Source of the DNA: a virus | Length of the DNA: 64,000 bases | Virus record (IMG/VR): IMGVR_UViG_3300044844_000854 | Coordinates: 1-64,000 of that record | Reading direction: 5' to 3' (one strand) | In this document: positions 29,126 through 40,400 of the stretch, in pieces | Position numbering within the stretch: position 1 is the stretch's first letter | Layout: every line of letters begins with the position of its first letter | Program-made: the position numbers and the translations under genes | Notes under the pieces: generated by a model | Databases searched by the model: none | What the model saw: only the letters and a program-made list of their open reading frames with translations | Told to the model about the DNA's origin: nothing

Positions 29126-29854
29126 ATGCCTGTAACGACAGAAAATACCCAAATGACACAGAATGATGACAAGACACAAGACAATTCTCTTAATCAAGTA
29201 AATTCTTCTCTAGCTAATCCATCTTCTTCCAATGTCCAAGATACACTTGATGCTATCGAAAAGGCTAGGAAACAAGAAAAGGATAAGCTATATCAAAAAA
29301 TGAAGGAACTTGAAGATAAGAATAAACAGTTTGAGGACTTTTTAAATAAAGAAAAGCAAAAAGCTGAAGAATATGCAAACCAACTTCTAAAACAAAAAGA
29401 ACAACAAATGTCTGAAGAAGAAAAGATCAAGCAAACCGTAGACAAACTTGTGCAACAAAATGACTACCTTTCAAAACAACTTGAAGAAGTAGCAAGAAAT
29501 GCTCAAGAAAGATTACGAGAGAGTGAACTTAAAGCATATAAAGCACAAGCACTTGCTAAAAATAATGTTCTCATTCCTGAGTTAGTCAGTGGCAATTCTG
29601 TTGATGAAATTGATAATGCAATTAAACTAGCTAAGGAAAAAGAACAATTATTACTCAAACAAGCTGAAGAAAGAGTAAGAGCAGAAGTTGTGTCTACACT
29701 ACCTAAGCCATCTCAATCAGCATCTATTCCTAATAGTCCATCAAATTTGATTGATCCTAGAAAGAAATATGAGATTGCAAACTTGAGCCCTAGTGATTTC
29801 GCTAAATATAAAGCGGATGCCTTGCAAAAAGCTAGAACAGGTTTTACAAGATAA
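29126..29854 (+). CDS. Capsid scaffolding protein
   Basis: EKARKQEKDKLY coiled coil, IPELVSGNS.DEID..I..AK, C-terminal ISPSDFAKYK-type helix; immediately before the MCP. Confidence 0.8.
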   Translation: MPVTTENTQMTQNDDKTQDNSLNQVNSSLANPSSSNVQDTLDAIEKARKQEKDKLYQKMKELEDKNKQFEDFLNKEKQKAEEYANQLLKQKEQQMSEEEKIKQTVDKLVQQNDYLSKQLEEVARNAQERLRESELKAYKAQALAKNNVLIPELVSGNSVDEIDNAIKLAKEKEQLLLKQAEERVRAEVVSTLPKPSQSASIPNSPSNLIDPRKKYEIANLSPSDFAKYKADALQKARTGFTR

Positions 29855-29910
29855 CTCTTTTCCTTAATCCGTAAAAAAACGGAATTTAAATAATCCTTAG
29901 GAGATTAAAA

Positions 29911-30903
29911 ATGGCAATGAATACCATTACAAGTTCAAATGGAGTAGCAGGCTCTATTTATGAAAGTGTTACAGCTATCCAATCAGGTGGCGATCTTTTC
30001 CCATTATTAGATGTATATAGCCTTGAAGTACTTCACAAAGCTCGTGGAGTAATGATGTATGAACAATTCGCAATGAGAAAAACCGAATTGTCAGCTGGTC
30101 CAGGTCAAACCATTAAGTTCGTTACTTATAATGATGTTTCTCGTGGTGGTCAATTAACTGAAAGCACTGCTCTTAGCACCTATGCAATGAGCCAATCTGT
30201 TAAGTCCATTTCTGTTACTGAATGGGGTAATGCGATTGCAGTTTCTGAAAAACTTTTACAACTTAGCTTTGATGATCTTATGACTGAAGCAGCTATCCTT
30301 TTGGGTAGAGATTATGCGGTTGTTCGTGATTTAAGCCTTCGTGATGTTCTTGTTTCAGGTATCAGCCAAGTTATTTTTGCAGGTAGCTCAAATGCAGCAG
30401 TTGGCGATGTAGCAAGCACAGATATTCTTACCATTAGCGAAATCCGTAAGGCTGTAGAAGTATTACAAACTGCTAATGTTCCTAAGTTTAACAATGATTA
30501 TTATGTTTGCTTTATTCACCCACATCAAGCATTCTCTTTAAGACGCGATAGTGATTGGATTTCTGCTAATAACTATGCTCAGACTAGAAATGTGTTCAAT
30601 GGTGAACTTGGTCGTTGGGAAGATGTAATTTTTGTATCTACCACACATCAAGGCAATGGTGCTTGTGCATCTACTGATCCAGGTTATGAATTAGCTTTAG
30701 ATGGTACAGGTTCAGGTAGTGCTGATTTGTATCGTGCTACTTTGTTTGGTGATCAATGCTTTGCAGTAGCAGATGCTCTTCCTGTTGAATTAAGAGATAA
30801 TGGTGTTGAAGATTTTGGTCGTAAGCACTCTCTCGCATGGTATGCAATTTGGGGTGTAGGTGTTTTGCAAGCTGATTATGGTGTACATATCATTTCTGCA
30901 TAA
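29911..30903 (+). CDS. Major capsid protein (N4-gp56 family, HK97 fold)
   Basis: KTELSAGPGQTIKF, EWGNAIAVSEKL, YVCFIHPHQ, GELGRWEDVIF, DFGRKHSLAWYAIWG. Confidence 0.92.
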   Translation: MAMNTITSSNGVAGSIYESVTAIQSGGDLFPLLDVYSLEVLHKARGVMMYEQFAMRKTELSAGPGQTIKFVTYNDVSRGGQLTESTALSTYAMSQSVKSISVTEWGNAIAVSEKLLQLSFDDLMTEAAILLGRDYAVVRDLSLRDVLVSGISQVIFAGSSNAAVGDVASTDILTISEIRKAVEVLQTANVPKFNNDYYVCFIHPHQAFSLRRDSDWISANNYAQTRNVFNGELGRWEDVIFVSTTHQGNGACASTDPGYELALDGTGSGSADLYRATLFGDQCFAVADALPVELRDNGVEDFGRKHSLAWYAIWGVGVLQADYGVHIISA

Positions 30904-30938
30904 TTCCTAGCCTAAACTAAACATGAAAGGGATTTGCT

Positions 30939-31361
30939 ATGGCAGTTCGTAGACCACGAAATCCTGTTGCCACAAGTGAGCCTGTTTCTGTTTTATCATC
31001 AACACAAGATGTAAGTAAGATCGTTCAAGATACATTTGGTTTAAATACAGATGCTATCAAGAACGATCTTTCCATTTCTAGCGATGTAAAAACGGAAGTT
31101 AAAAAAACTGATCTACCTAAGATCAATCGCTCACCTTATGGAAATAGGGAAAATGAAAAGAAAGAACCTAAAGAACAAATTGTCTATAAACCTGAAGGTC
31201 ATAAATCAACCTATGGTGGTGACAGTAAAGTTAAGGTAATTGGATTAAAAGATGTAAGAACACTCTATGGTAATCACAAGCTACTTGTAGAAAAGGGCAA
31301 GGTTTATCATGTTGATCCTGTGTTTGCAGAATTTCTTATGAAAATTGAGGCAGTAAAATAA
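30939..31361 (+). CDS. Hypothetical virion or head-associated protein
   Basis: Follows the MCP; small C-terminal beta domain (GKVYHVD..FAEFL). Confidence 0.65.
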   Translation: MAVRRPRNPVATSEPVSVLSSTQDVSKIVQDTFGLNTDAIKNDLSISSDVKTEVKKTDLPKINRSPYGNRENEKKEPKEQIVYKPEGHKSTYGGDSKVKVIGLKDVRTLYGNHKLLVEKGKVYHVDPVFAEFLMKIEAVK

Positions 31362-31438
31362 TAGGAATATAATGCTTTAATATTTAGGTGCTTTTTACTA
31401 TACTCTTAATATCTTAGAAAAAAACGGAGTATTAAAAA

Positions 31439-32227
31439 ATGATAGCAAGCACACTAATCAATAAAATTAGAAGAAGAGTACATGACACTCTTGCACTTGA
31501 AGGGGAAACACAACCTAAATATACAGATGAATTTTACAATGATTGTATAGATAGAGGTATTGCTGTTCTTAACTATGATATAGCTAAATCATACACTTTA
31601 GGTACAATTCCTACACGACTTGAATATATGTTAGAACTTAGGGCAACACTTGAAATGTGTATGATTAGAGGAGCAGAAGGTGCTACATCAAACATTGTTA
31701 GTGATTTACCTGAGTTACCTGTACAAACACTTGCATTACCTAATGGATTTAGCAAAACAAATCACTTTCTTGGACTTGAAGGACCTAAATATTGGGTAAA
31801 TTTGGCAAAAACACTAGAAGATCAATATAAAAAACTACTTAATGCAGAGTTATTGCTAAATGATGATAGTACATCTCAAGTACAGGTAGGTTATTTATAT
31901 CGTAAATCACTAAGAACAGGTAGACATTCTCATTATGTAATGGATAAACCACTTACACCACCTGATATTAGCTATGAATTGATAGGTAACAATGTTAGAT
32001 TTGAATGGGAAGTTATCCATTCCGATTTTTTAAGCTATTATGCGATTGATAGAGCAGATAATCCTTTGTTTGATAACTTTGTGCAGGAATGGATTACTTA
32101 TGATAATCAAGTACATAAATATATCTCTAAAAATCTACCTTTAGGCACATACTACTTTAGATTAAGACTAATCAATACAAATGATTTAGAAAGCTATACA
32201 CCTACAATGGAGATTGAAATTGTCTAA
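31439..32227 (+). CDS. Putative head-tail adaptor with a C-terminal FN3-like domain
   Basis: LINKIRRRVHD N-terminus and position; C-terminal W...Y...LPLGTYYFRLRLIN. Confidence 0.6.
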   Translation: MIASTLINKIRRRVHDTLALEGETQPKYTDEFYNDCIDRGIAVLNYDIAKSYTLGTIPTRLEYMLELRATLEMCMIRGAEGATSNIVSDLPELPVQTLALPNGFSKTNHFLGLEGPKYWVNLAKTLEDQYKKLLNAELLLNDDSTSQVQVGYLYRKSLRTGRHSHYVMDKPLTPPDISYELIGNNVRFEWEVIHSDFLSYYAIDRADNPLFDNFVQEWITYDNQVHKYISKNLPLGTYYFRLRLINTNDLESYTPTMEIEIV

Positions 32228-32681
32228 GTATTTTGGAACAAACCTAAAAGAAACAAACAAATTCATAGATGAGTTTGGCTCTATGATACAATATGTAAGA
32301 TACAATAATACATCTAAACGAGCAGACTCACCATATCTTAGTGGTAGGAAAAACTACTTACCACCTGTTGATATTAAGGCACTTGTTGTAGCAGATAGAC
32401 AATATTGGAAGGAAAATGTAAGCAAGATTGGTGAAGAGAGTAGAAGAACAATCATTGTCATGTTGTCACAGTCACAAGTGATACAATACTTAATTCCTGA
32501 AGCAGAAGATGATCCACGATTACTAAATGACATTGACTTTAGTGATAAAATTCGTATGCAAGATAAATTTATCTATCAAGGTATTGAATACAAGATTGAT
32601 ACAATTAGACCTAATGCAGATGATGGTAGTGGTGCAATCTTATTTGAATTCCAATGTAGAAGTGAGATAGGCAACAAATGA
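32214..32681 (+). CDS. Putative head-closure protein
   Basis: Position; DKFIYQGIEYKI beta pattern. Confidence 0.55.
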   Translation: MKLSKYFGTNLKETNKFIDEFGSMIQYVRYNNTSKRADSPYLSGRKNYLPPVDIKALVVADRQYWKENVSKIGEESRRTIIVMLSQSQVIQYLIPEAEDDPRLLNDIDFSDKIRMQDKFIYQGIEYKIDTIRPNADDGSGAILFEFQCRSEIGNK

Positions 32682-33058
32682 ATGATACTACAAAACAACA
32701 ACTTTTAGATATTTTTGATGGTATAAAAACTGATATTGTAGATGGTGTTGATAGAGCAGTACAAAAAACAATCCCATCTTTAGGTAGACGATATAATGGA
32801 ACTAATGATTATATTAAGATCATTATGGATAATGGTATAGGTATTCGTAAAACTAAAAATACAATACAATACTTTGCAAATGGTAGTATGGATTTAAATA
32901 CACTTGAACAAACATACCCTAGCTTACCAAGTGATGTAGATCAATCTATTCATGCTGTTGCAGATAGGCTATACCAAAATATACATGATCAATTTAAAAA
33001 TAAAAGACCAAGACAAGCAAAACCAATAGTGCAACCACCACCATTCATTAAACCTTGA
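32678..33058 (+). CDS. Putative neck / tail completion protein
   Basis: Position in the neck module only. Confidence 0.45.
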   Translation: MNDTTKQQLLDIFDGIKTDIVDGVDRAVQKTIPSLGRRYNGTNDYIKIIMDNGIGIRKTKNTIQYFANGSMDLNTLEQTYPSLPSDVDQSIHAVADRLYQNIHDQFKNKRPRQAKPIVQPPPFIKP

Positions 33059-33082
33059 TAGAAAAAAACGGAGATTACAAAA

Positions 33083-33775
33083 ATGGCTAAACAATTAAAA
33101 GAAATAGAAAAAGCAATCTATGACATATATAAAGATATAAAGCTAACATCTCTACTAGATAATGATAACACTCTTACAGATGTTACTGTATTTTTGGCAT
33201 ATCCTGAAACAGAGATACAACAAGATACAATCTATCCTGCAATTTCTATCAATCTTAGTGAAATGGAAATTGATTTTAAAATGGAACATGCATTACCTAG
33301 AACAGATATAGAAGTAGATTATACAACTACACCACCCACATATAGAACTAGAGAAACATCTCATTGGTATCGTTTAAGGTATTTGATAGAAACCTATGCA
33401 CTTACACCACAAGAAGATAGAGAACTTATTCGTAAGGTAGAGAATAGACTAAATATTCGTGATAGCTTAATTGTAGGTGATGAAGATTATTGGATTTTTC
33501 GCCTATCCTTTAGCACTCAAGACATAGAAGATACTGATCGTATTATCTACCATAAAATCTTTACATATGAAGTACTTGCAGATATTGATAATGAAGATAC
33601 TGACATCATTGAAAAAGGTGTTACAGAAATGCAATATACTTTTAAACAAGCTAAGACAATCGCAAACCAACCTGTTGATACACTAAATAGACCAACTACT
33701 GTAGAGAATGCAGTCAAATATACTGATAGAACTATGGCATTTAATGAAACTCAAATTTGGTTTCCTAGCAATTAA
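33083..33775 (+). CDS. Putative tail terminator (Pvc16/Afp16-like)
   Basis: YPAISI...YRLRYLIETYA pattern directly before the sheath. Confidence 0.55.
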   Translation: MAKQLKEIEKAIYDIYKDIKLTSLLDNDNTLTDVTVFLAYPETEIQQDTIYPAISINLSEMEIDFKMEHALPRTDIEVDYTTTPPTYRTRETSHWYRLRYLIETYALTPQEDRELIRKVENRLNIRDSLIVGDEDYWIFRLSFSTQDIEDTDRIIYHKIFTYEVLADIDNEDTDIIEKGVTEMQYTFKQAKTIANQPVDTLNRPTTVENAVKYTDRTMAFNETQIWFPSN

Positions 33776-33965
33776 CATAAATTTGACTAGACAATCACTT
33801 TTAAAACCTATATAACATAGATCATAAGCATACATATTAAATATATACTCTTAGACATCATAGCTACATTTTACTTGCTAAAATAGAATATATCTCACAA
33901 CAGTATTGATATATTTTACCATAATAGATAAGATTACTTATAAACCTAAAAATGGAGAATAACAA

Positions 33966-35798
33966 ATGGCAACAGTTTATGGCACTCCTGGAGTGTATAT
34001 TAAAGAAAGCAATCCTACAACTACCCCTATCATTACTGTGGGTACAGGTGTAACTGCTTTCTTTGGCTTTACAAAAAAAGGACCTGTACAAAAACCCGTA
34101 GCAGTAGCATCATATAAAGATTACCTAAAAGTATTTGGTGGTTGCTATAAGACAGAAAACCTTGATCTTTGTGTAAAAGCATTCTTTGATAACGGTGGCT
34201 CTAAAGCTTATATCGTTAGATTAACTGCAATCAATGGTGACTCACTTGTAGGTAGCCCATCTTCTGCTACTATTGGTGATTTTACTTTCAAAGCAGGTTA
34301 CAAAGGATTTCAAGCATTTGGTGAAGAAGGGGATAAATTAAAGGTATCTCTTAAACTTAACTCAAAATATGTAGCTAATGCAAATGGTGACCTAAAGGCA
34401 AATGCATCTATTGGTGCTTTGTTTATCTTGATGAAACAAGTAATTGGTATCTCTGCAGGTACTATCCTTAAAATTGCTGAAGGTGGCACTACTGAATATT
34501 TAGAAGTCACTAAGGTAGAAACTACTGTTGTTGCTGGTGCAGTACAAAATAAGGTATTCCTTGCATCTGCTCTTGACTCAGCATTTACTACAGCTTGCAC
34601 AATTAACTCTTTACACTATGATCTTAAAGTAAAAGATAATGCGGATAATGTACTTGAAACATTTAAGCAAGTATCTCTTAATCCATTTGCTAGCGATTAC
34701 ATTGGATTGGTTATCAATGATGATGTTGCAGGCTCTTCTTTCATTATGGTAGATGATGCTCAATTCGATTACTCTTTAGATGCACCTGAATTTGTAGGTG
34801 TTACTTCTCTTGCTGAAACTGTACAAGCATTTATCTTTGGTCAATCAGAAAAATTATCCTTTGACTCAGATAGCTTTATTGGTAATTCTACTATGGGATT
34901 TGGCTTACATGCTCTTGATAATGTCAATGACTTTAGCTTAATTGTAGCTCCACAATCTACAGATAATTCAGATGGACTTATTCGTGCAAATGAAATTTTC
35001 CATAGTGCATTATTAAGCTATGCTGAAACTCGTGGTAAATTTGCTATTTTAGATGCACCTAAAGGACTTACACCTTCTGAAATTGATAGCTATCGTAAAG
35101 CAACATTAGGTGTTGATAGCTATTGGGGTGCTTTATATTACCCACACATTAAGGTACAAGACCCTGCTCGTCCAGGTCAATCTGCTACCATTACTATCCC
35201 ACCTTGTGGACATATTGCAGGTTTATTTGCTAAGGTTGATGGTATTCCTGCCCCTGAAGGTGGTGTATCAAGTGCAGCCGCAGGCTTAAATAAATTTGGT
35301 CAATTGTCAGGACTTGTAGCACTTGAAAGAGTCGTATCTGATGCTGAACAAGAATTTTTAAATCCTGCAGGTGTAAATTGCATTCGCTTGCTTGATTTAG
35401 CAACAGGTGGTAAGGGTATTTTTGTATTTGGTGCTAGAACATTATCATCATTACCACAATATCTCTATATTCCCCTTAGAAGAACAATGAATTTTATTCA
35501 AGAAACAGTAAGACTTTCTACTAAACAATATCTGTTTCAAAAGAATAATCCTGCATTATGGTCAATTCTTAGCAATAACATTTCTGCATTCCTTACAGGT
35601 ATGTGGAATAATGGTCAACTTGCAGGCTCAAATGTTAAAGATGCATTCTTTGTAAAGATTGATGCAAGCACAAATTCACAAGAAGATATTAATCAAGGTA
35701 TCCTAAGTGGTGAAATTGGTGTTGCATTCCAAAGACCTGCAGAATTTATTGTCTTTACTTTCACACAAACACAATCAGGTGGTAGCATTCAAGAGTAA
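33966..35798 (+). CDS. Contractile tail sheath protein
   Basis: TPGVYIKE, TAFFGFTKKGP, FAILDAP, ALYYPHI, PPCGHIAG, LNPAGVNCIR, VFGARTL, RPAEFIVF. Confidence 0.95.
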   Translation: MATVYGTPGVYIKESNPTTTPIITVGTGVTAFFGFTKKGPVQKPVAVASYKDYLKVFGGCYKTENLDLCVKAFFDNGGSKAYIVRLTAINGDSLVGSPSSATIGDFTFKAGYKGFQAFGEEGDKLKVSLKLNSKYVANANGDLKANASIGALFILMKQVIGISAGTILKIAEGGTTEYLEVTKVETTVVAGAVQNKVFLASALDSAFTTACTINSLHYDLKVKDNADNVLETFKQVSLNPFASDYIGLVINDDVAGSSFIMVDDAQFDYSLDAPEFVGVTSLAETVQAFIFGQSEKLSFDSDSFIGNSTMGFGLHALDNVNDFSLIVAPQSTDNSDGLIRANEIFHSALLSYAETRGKFAILDAPKGLTPSEIDSYRKATLGVDSYWGALYYPHIKVQDPARPGQSATITIPPCGHIAGLFAKVDGIPAPEGGVSSAAAGLNKFGQLSGLVALERVVSDAEQEFLNPAGVNCIRLLDLATGGKGIFVFGARTLSSLPQYLYIPLRRTMNFIQETVRLSTKQYLFQKNNPALWSILSNNISAFLTGMWNNGQLAGSNVKDAFFVKIDASTNSQEDINQGILSGEIGVAFQRPAEFIVFTFTQTQSGGSIQE

Positions 35799-35838
35799 TA
35801 TCTTAGCTACATAAACACTAGATAAAGGAAAAACAAAA

Positions 35839-36327
35839 ATGGCAGATTTATTGATGAGAAACTTTAAGTTTGAAGTTGGTATTGCTGGTATTTCAACTAG
35901 TATTCAATTTCAATCTGTAACAGGTTTAGAAAAAACAATTGAAGAAATTGAATATCGTGAAGGTAGCGATAAATTAGTGGTTAGAAAATATCCTGGTCAA
36001 GCAAGCATTTCCAATGTTACTTTTGAACGTGGATTTTCAAGTGATAGTGATTTGATTGATTGGATCAATGCAAGCTATAATCCTGATATTGCAGCTAATG
36101 CACCAGCAGTACAAAATGCACCATCACCAATGAGAGATGTCAATATCAAGATTAAAGATCGTAACAATATCATTCAAAGAGAAATTGTACTTAAAGATTG
36201 TTTTGTTGTTAGTAGACAAATCGGTGATCTTGATGCAACAGGTAATGATATTCTTTTAGAAACACTAGAAGTTGCTTGTTCTGATATGATTGAAAGAAAA
36301 TATAGTGCTGAGGGCAGTACTAGATAA
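35839..36327 (+). CDS. Tail tube protein (T4 gp19 / Afp1-like)
   Basis: NFKFEV, FQSVTGLE...IEYREG....RKYPG....NVTFERG, DLDATGNDILLETLE. Confidence 0.92.
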   Translation: MADLLMRNFKFEVGIAGISTSIQFQSVTGLEKTIEEIEYREGSDKLVVRKYPGQASISNVTFERGFSSDSDLIDWINASYNPDIAANAPAVQNAPSPMRDVNIKIKDRNNIIQREIVLKDCFVVSRQIGDLDATGNDILLETLEVACSDMIERKYSAEGSTR

Positions 36328-36348
36328 TCTCTTTAGCTTATACAATTA

Positions 36349-36377
36349 TTGACAATCACTAATATAATTTATATAAA
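36349..36377 (+). promoter_or_regulatory. Sigma70-like promoter
   Basis: TTGACA-17-TATAAA, with a motif copy just downstream at 36394. Confidence 0.65.
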
Positions 36378-36435
36378 CATAGCATAGAAAAAACGGAAAG
36401 TTAAAAAAACCATATCACAATGATAGGATAAAGCT

Positions 36436-37248
36436 ATGCTTACAATATCTAATGAAGTTGTATTACCTGTTGGTATTCGTATTGACGGTAAAGTATATAG
36501 AGAAATTACAATTGATGCAATGAATGGCTATGATGAAGAAAACATGTCATCTAAAGCAATCAAAAACAATGGTGCAAAAGCATTGACCATTTTACTAAGA
36601 AGATCAATTCAAGAAATCAAGGGCTTAATTCCTAAGAAAAGAAACTCTGCTGAATTGATTGATGAGAAGATTGTAAGAGAAATGTTTTCTTATGATAGAG
36701 ATTTCCTATTCTTTTGTATTCGTGCTTTAGGTGATACAGAGAAACTTGATTTAAGCAAGGTTGTATGCCCTGAATGTGATAGCGATAATGAATATGAAAT
36801 CGACATTACAGAGTTAGATGTATATGATTGGGCAGATACAGAAAATACACAACTTGACATTGAATTTTCCAAAGGATTTATGGAAAACGGTCAAAGACAT
36901 AAACTTGCTACATGGTCATTCCTTACAGGTAAGCAACAAGAACACTTGGCAACACTTGAAGGCTCACAAGTACTTACATCTTCACTTGCTTTAGGTTTAA
37001 AATCCGTTGTAGGACTTGATCATGTTCCTAGCGATGAACAAATTAGAAGAATGTCTAGTGATGAAAGAATGCATGCATTTAAACAAATTGCAGAACAAGC
37101 ACCTGGATTACAAACTGATATTGAATTAGAGTGTCAATCATGTGGTCATCGTCATAGATTTGGTATTGATGTAACAAGTTTTTTCAATTCAAAGGCGAAA
37201 GCAGTGACCAAAACTACTCAAAATGGCAAGAGAGTGCTGAGAAAATAA
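36436..37248 (+). CDS. Tail assembly chaperone (T4 gp26-like; two CxxC motifs)
   Basis: LPVG, DRDFL, CPEC and CQSCG; lies between tube and tape measure. Confidence 0.8.
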   Translation: MLTISNEVVLPVGIRIDGKVYREITIDAMNGYDEENMSSKAIKNNGAKALTILLRRSIQEIKGLIPKKRNSAELIDEKIVREMFSYDRDFLFFCIRALGDTEKLDLSKVVCPECDSDNEYEIDITELDVYDWADTENTQLDIEFSKGFMENGQRHKLATWSFLTGKQQEHLATLEGSQVLTSSLALGLKSVVGLDHVPSDEQIRRMSSDERMHAFKQIAEQAPGLQTDIELECQSCGHRHRFGIDVTSFFNSKAKAVTKTTQNGKRVLRK

Positions 37249-37403
37249 GGCAAAATCTTACAAATACTGTGGTTGCTTTTGCTGAAAGATGGCATTGGTC
37301 GGAAACAGATACATTATCATTGCCTATTTATCGTAGAAATCGCTATGTAGAAGAACTACGACAAATTATACAAAAAGAACAACAAGCAATGAAAAAGAAA
37401 TAA
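37179..37403 (+). CDS. -1 frameshift extension of the tail chaperone (gpGT-like)
   Basis: Slippery T TTT TTC at 37179-37185; the -1 frame is open to TAA 37401-37403 and encodes FAERWHWSETDTLSLPIYRRNRYVEEL; absent from the ORF track. Confidence 0.8.
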   Translation, partial: FFQFKGESSDQNYSKWQESAEKIRQNLTNTVVAFAERWHWSETDTLSLPIYRRNRYVEELRQIIQKEQQAMKKK

Positions 37404-37472
37404 TAAATCTCTAGTTTATATGCTATAAAATCATGTTAGATAATATACACTAAAAAAACGGAGATTTACAAA

Positions 37473-40400
37473 ATGGCAAATTATAACATAGCAATCAGTG
37501 TAGATACTGCAGGGGCAATACAATCACTAAATGCACTAAAAACATCACTAGATAATACACAAAAAGCACTAGACAATACTGAAAACGGTGCAAAAGATAC
37601 TGCTAAATCTATGGGTAATGCATTTGGTGATGTTGCTCAACAATTACAGAACTTTGATCAAGGTATTACAAGAATTGTTGAAAACTTTCTTAAACTTAAA
37701 GGTGTTGCAGATGAATTACTTAATAAATCCCTAGAACAATTTAAGAAAAATGAACAAGAAAGACTATCTTTAGATGTTGTGCTTAATACTCAAGGTGCAT
37801 TTGGTGATATGCAGAAATTTAAAGATAAAATATTGCCTACAATGAGCTTAAATATCTCTAATGATCTTGCTAAGGCTAAGGCTCTTGCAAATTCAGATCC
37901 CAAATATATGAAGGATTTTGATAGCTTAATTAAATCTATGCTATTTATAGGTGCTAAACAAGCAGATGTAGAGAACTTTAAAATTGAATATGCTAGTAAA
38001 ACAGGTACTGATTTAAACAATTTTATCAATGAAACATTAAGTAATGCACAACAATCTAGAATTGATATGGCTAAAAAAGCAGATACAGAAATTCAAAGAT
38101 TATACCAAACGACTAAATTCTCTCAAGGTCAAATTACAGCGATGTTCACTGATATGATCTCTAAGGGTATTGATCCAGGTGTACTTACAGAAAAGAATGT
38201 AAAAACTAAAGATGGTAATGTTAGTATGCTTGATAAAATCGTACAATTAGGTGCTACATTTACAGATGAACTTGGTGGAGCAGATACTGCATTACTTGAG
38301 GCAGGCAAACTTGTTCACCAAGTATTAAATGTAGCAAGTCCAGGTTACCAAACTGATTTTGCAGAAAATACACAACATTTAGGCACTTACCTTGATCAAA
38401 TGATTACTGCATTTAATAAGACACCTCTTACAATTAAGAATGTAGGCGATGTGTTGGTTAGAAATATGGGATTAAATCAAAAATTCTATGCGACTACATT
38501 CCCTGAATTTCTAGCGATGTCAGGTAAATTACTAAATGCAAAATCAGGTGCTGAAACAGGTGAATATTTACATGCATTCCAAAGAGGTTTTATCTTAATG
38601 CAACAAAATATTGATAGGCAAATTGAAGAAAAACAAGTTGAATTACAAACACAAGGTAAGCAAGGATTAACACTTCAACCTAAAGTTAGAAAAACTGCAA
38701 AAGCATTATCCACTGCAAATCTACAAAATGATGAGATTTTAAAACTTACAAATGCATCAGGATTTAAGCAATTACTAAATCAAATCATGTTAGATGAGAA
38801 TACTACCACTCAATTAAGTCAACTTGCAGGTACAGGTCAATTTAATCAAATACCAGCACTAATTGAAACATTTGCTAAAGGTAAAGGGATTACACTTGAA
38901 CAAGGCACAATGAACTCTATGTCACAGGTTATGCTTGGACTTAAAGGTGAAATGGATAGTTTAAGCAAAGGTCTACAATCACTTACACCTGAATTAGCAG
39001 CAGAACTTGTTCAATCAAATGTATTAAAAGATTTAGGTAATGGTGTATATGAACTAATTAGGGGTATAGGTGAAAACTCTAAGATTGTTGAAGAAAATGG
39101 TAAGAAATTCTATTCAGGTAAATCTATTGCTAATCAAGGTACTCAATATAAAATTGGCGAGCAAATGCCTATTATTGCTAAAGGTGTTTCAGGCAATTAT
39201 TCGTATGCTGATTTTGCAGGTAATCAAGAACTATTTATACAGAAACAATTAGATGAATTAGGTGCTCAATCATTTGCATACAATTTATTTGGTAATGATT
39301 TACTACTATCCTTCTTTAACTTGGTTACTTTAGGTGGTAATTTCCAAGAAATCTTATCAGGTATACAATCAGGTGTATTTACATTAGATGAGTCATATAA
39401 ACAATTTGAACAGACACTATCCAATGCAATACAAATTAATGAAGGTCTTATGGATGGTATGTTTAGAGCATTCTCAAACAATGTAGGTTTTGTAAATCTA
39501 TCTTTTGAGAAGCTAAAAACTACCTTAATGTCATCTTACTTAAATATAGATAAGGAAACTCGTTTAATGTCAGATGGTGCAACATCAAATGTTCTCTTAA
39601 TCTTATCAACAATAGGTAAGGTAGGTGCAATAATTGGTAGTGCATTAGCTTTATCTGCAAGTTATTCCTTGATTGTGCCTTATCTCACTATGAATGCTTT
39701 AGGTGAAAAAGTAGGTATGCTTGCTAATCTAAAAACTAGATTTATTGAGATGATACCATTCTTAAAATACCTTAGCATAGGTGCACTTGTTGTTGTAGGT
39801 CTTGCATTTGCATTCCAAAAACTATTTGCAAACGGCACTGATTTAGGTAAAAAATTCCAAGATATAGGCGGAATATTCAATAACTATATCATACCTGCAT
39901 TTGTAACAGGTAAAAAGAAAACTGATGGTGCATCTAAAGCAGTTATTGTTCTACAAGATGCAGCAATATCTATTAGAAGTGTATTGATAGGATTTATGGA
40001 CGGATTTTCTGATGCATTACTTGTAGCTGTTAAAGGTGTTACATTCTTCTGTATGCTTATTGGTTCTCTTATTGGATTGCTTTTTGGTGCATCTATGGGA
40101 CATGAAGAAGTATCAAAATATATTGGATATGTAGGCTATGCTTTAGGTATTTTACTACCACTCATCTTTTTATATAACAAGCTAACGGCTATAACTGCAT
40201 TCATCACTACATTCGCTACTAAGAGAGTATTTATATTTTTTGCAATTATTGGTGGACTTATCGCCATATTCTCACTTCTTCAAGAGTATGGCTTAGTTGT
40301 TGTAGGTATTGTTGGATTACTTGCTCTTGGATTTGGATTTTTTGGTAAAGCTACTTGGGGAGCAATGATACCTTTACTCAAATTTATTGGTATTGTTCTT

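Noticed and set aside
13847-30903. Introns or inteins in terminase, portal or capsid genes
   Set aside because: Lengths are normal, motifs are contiguous, and no homing endonuclease or intein signatures were seen
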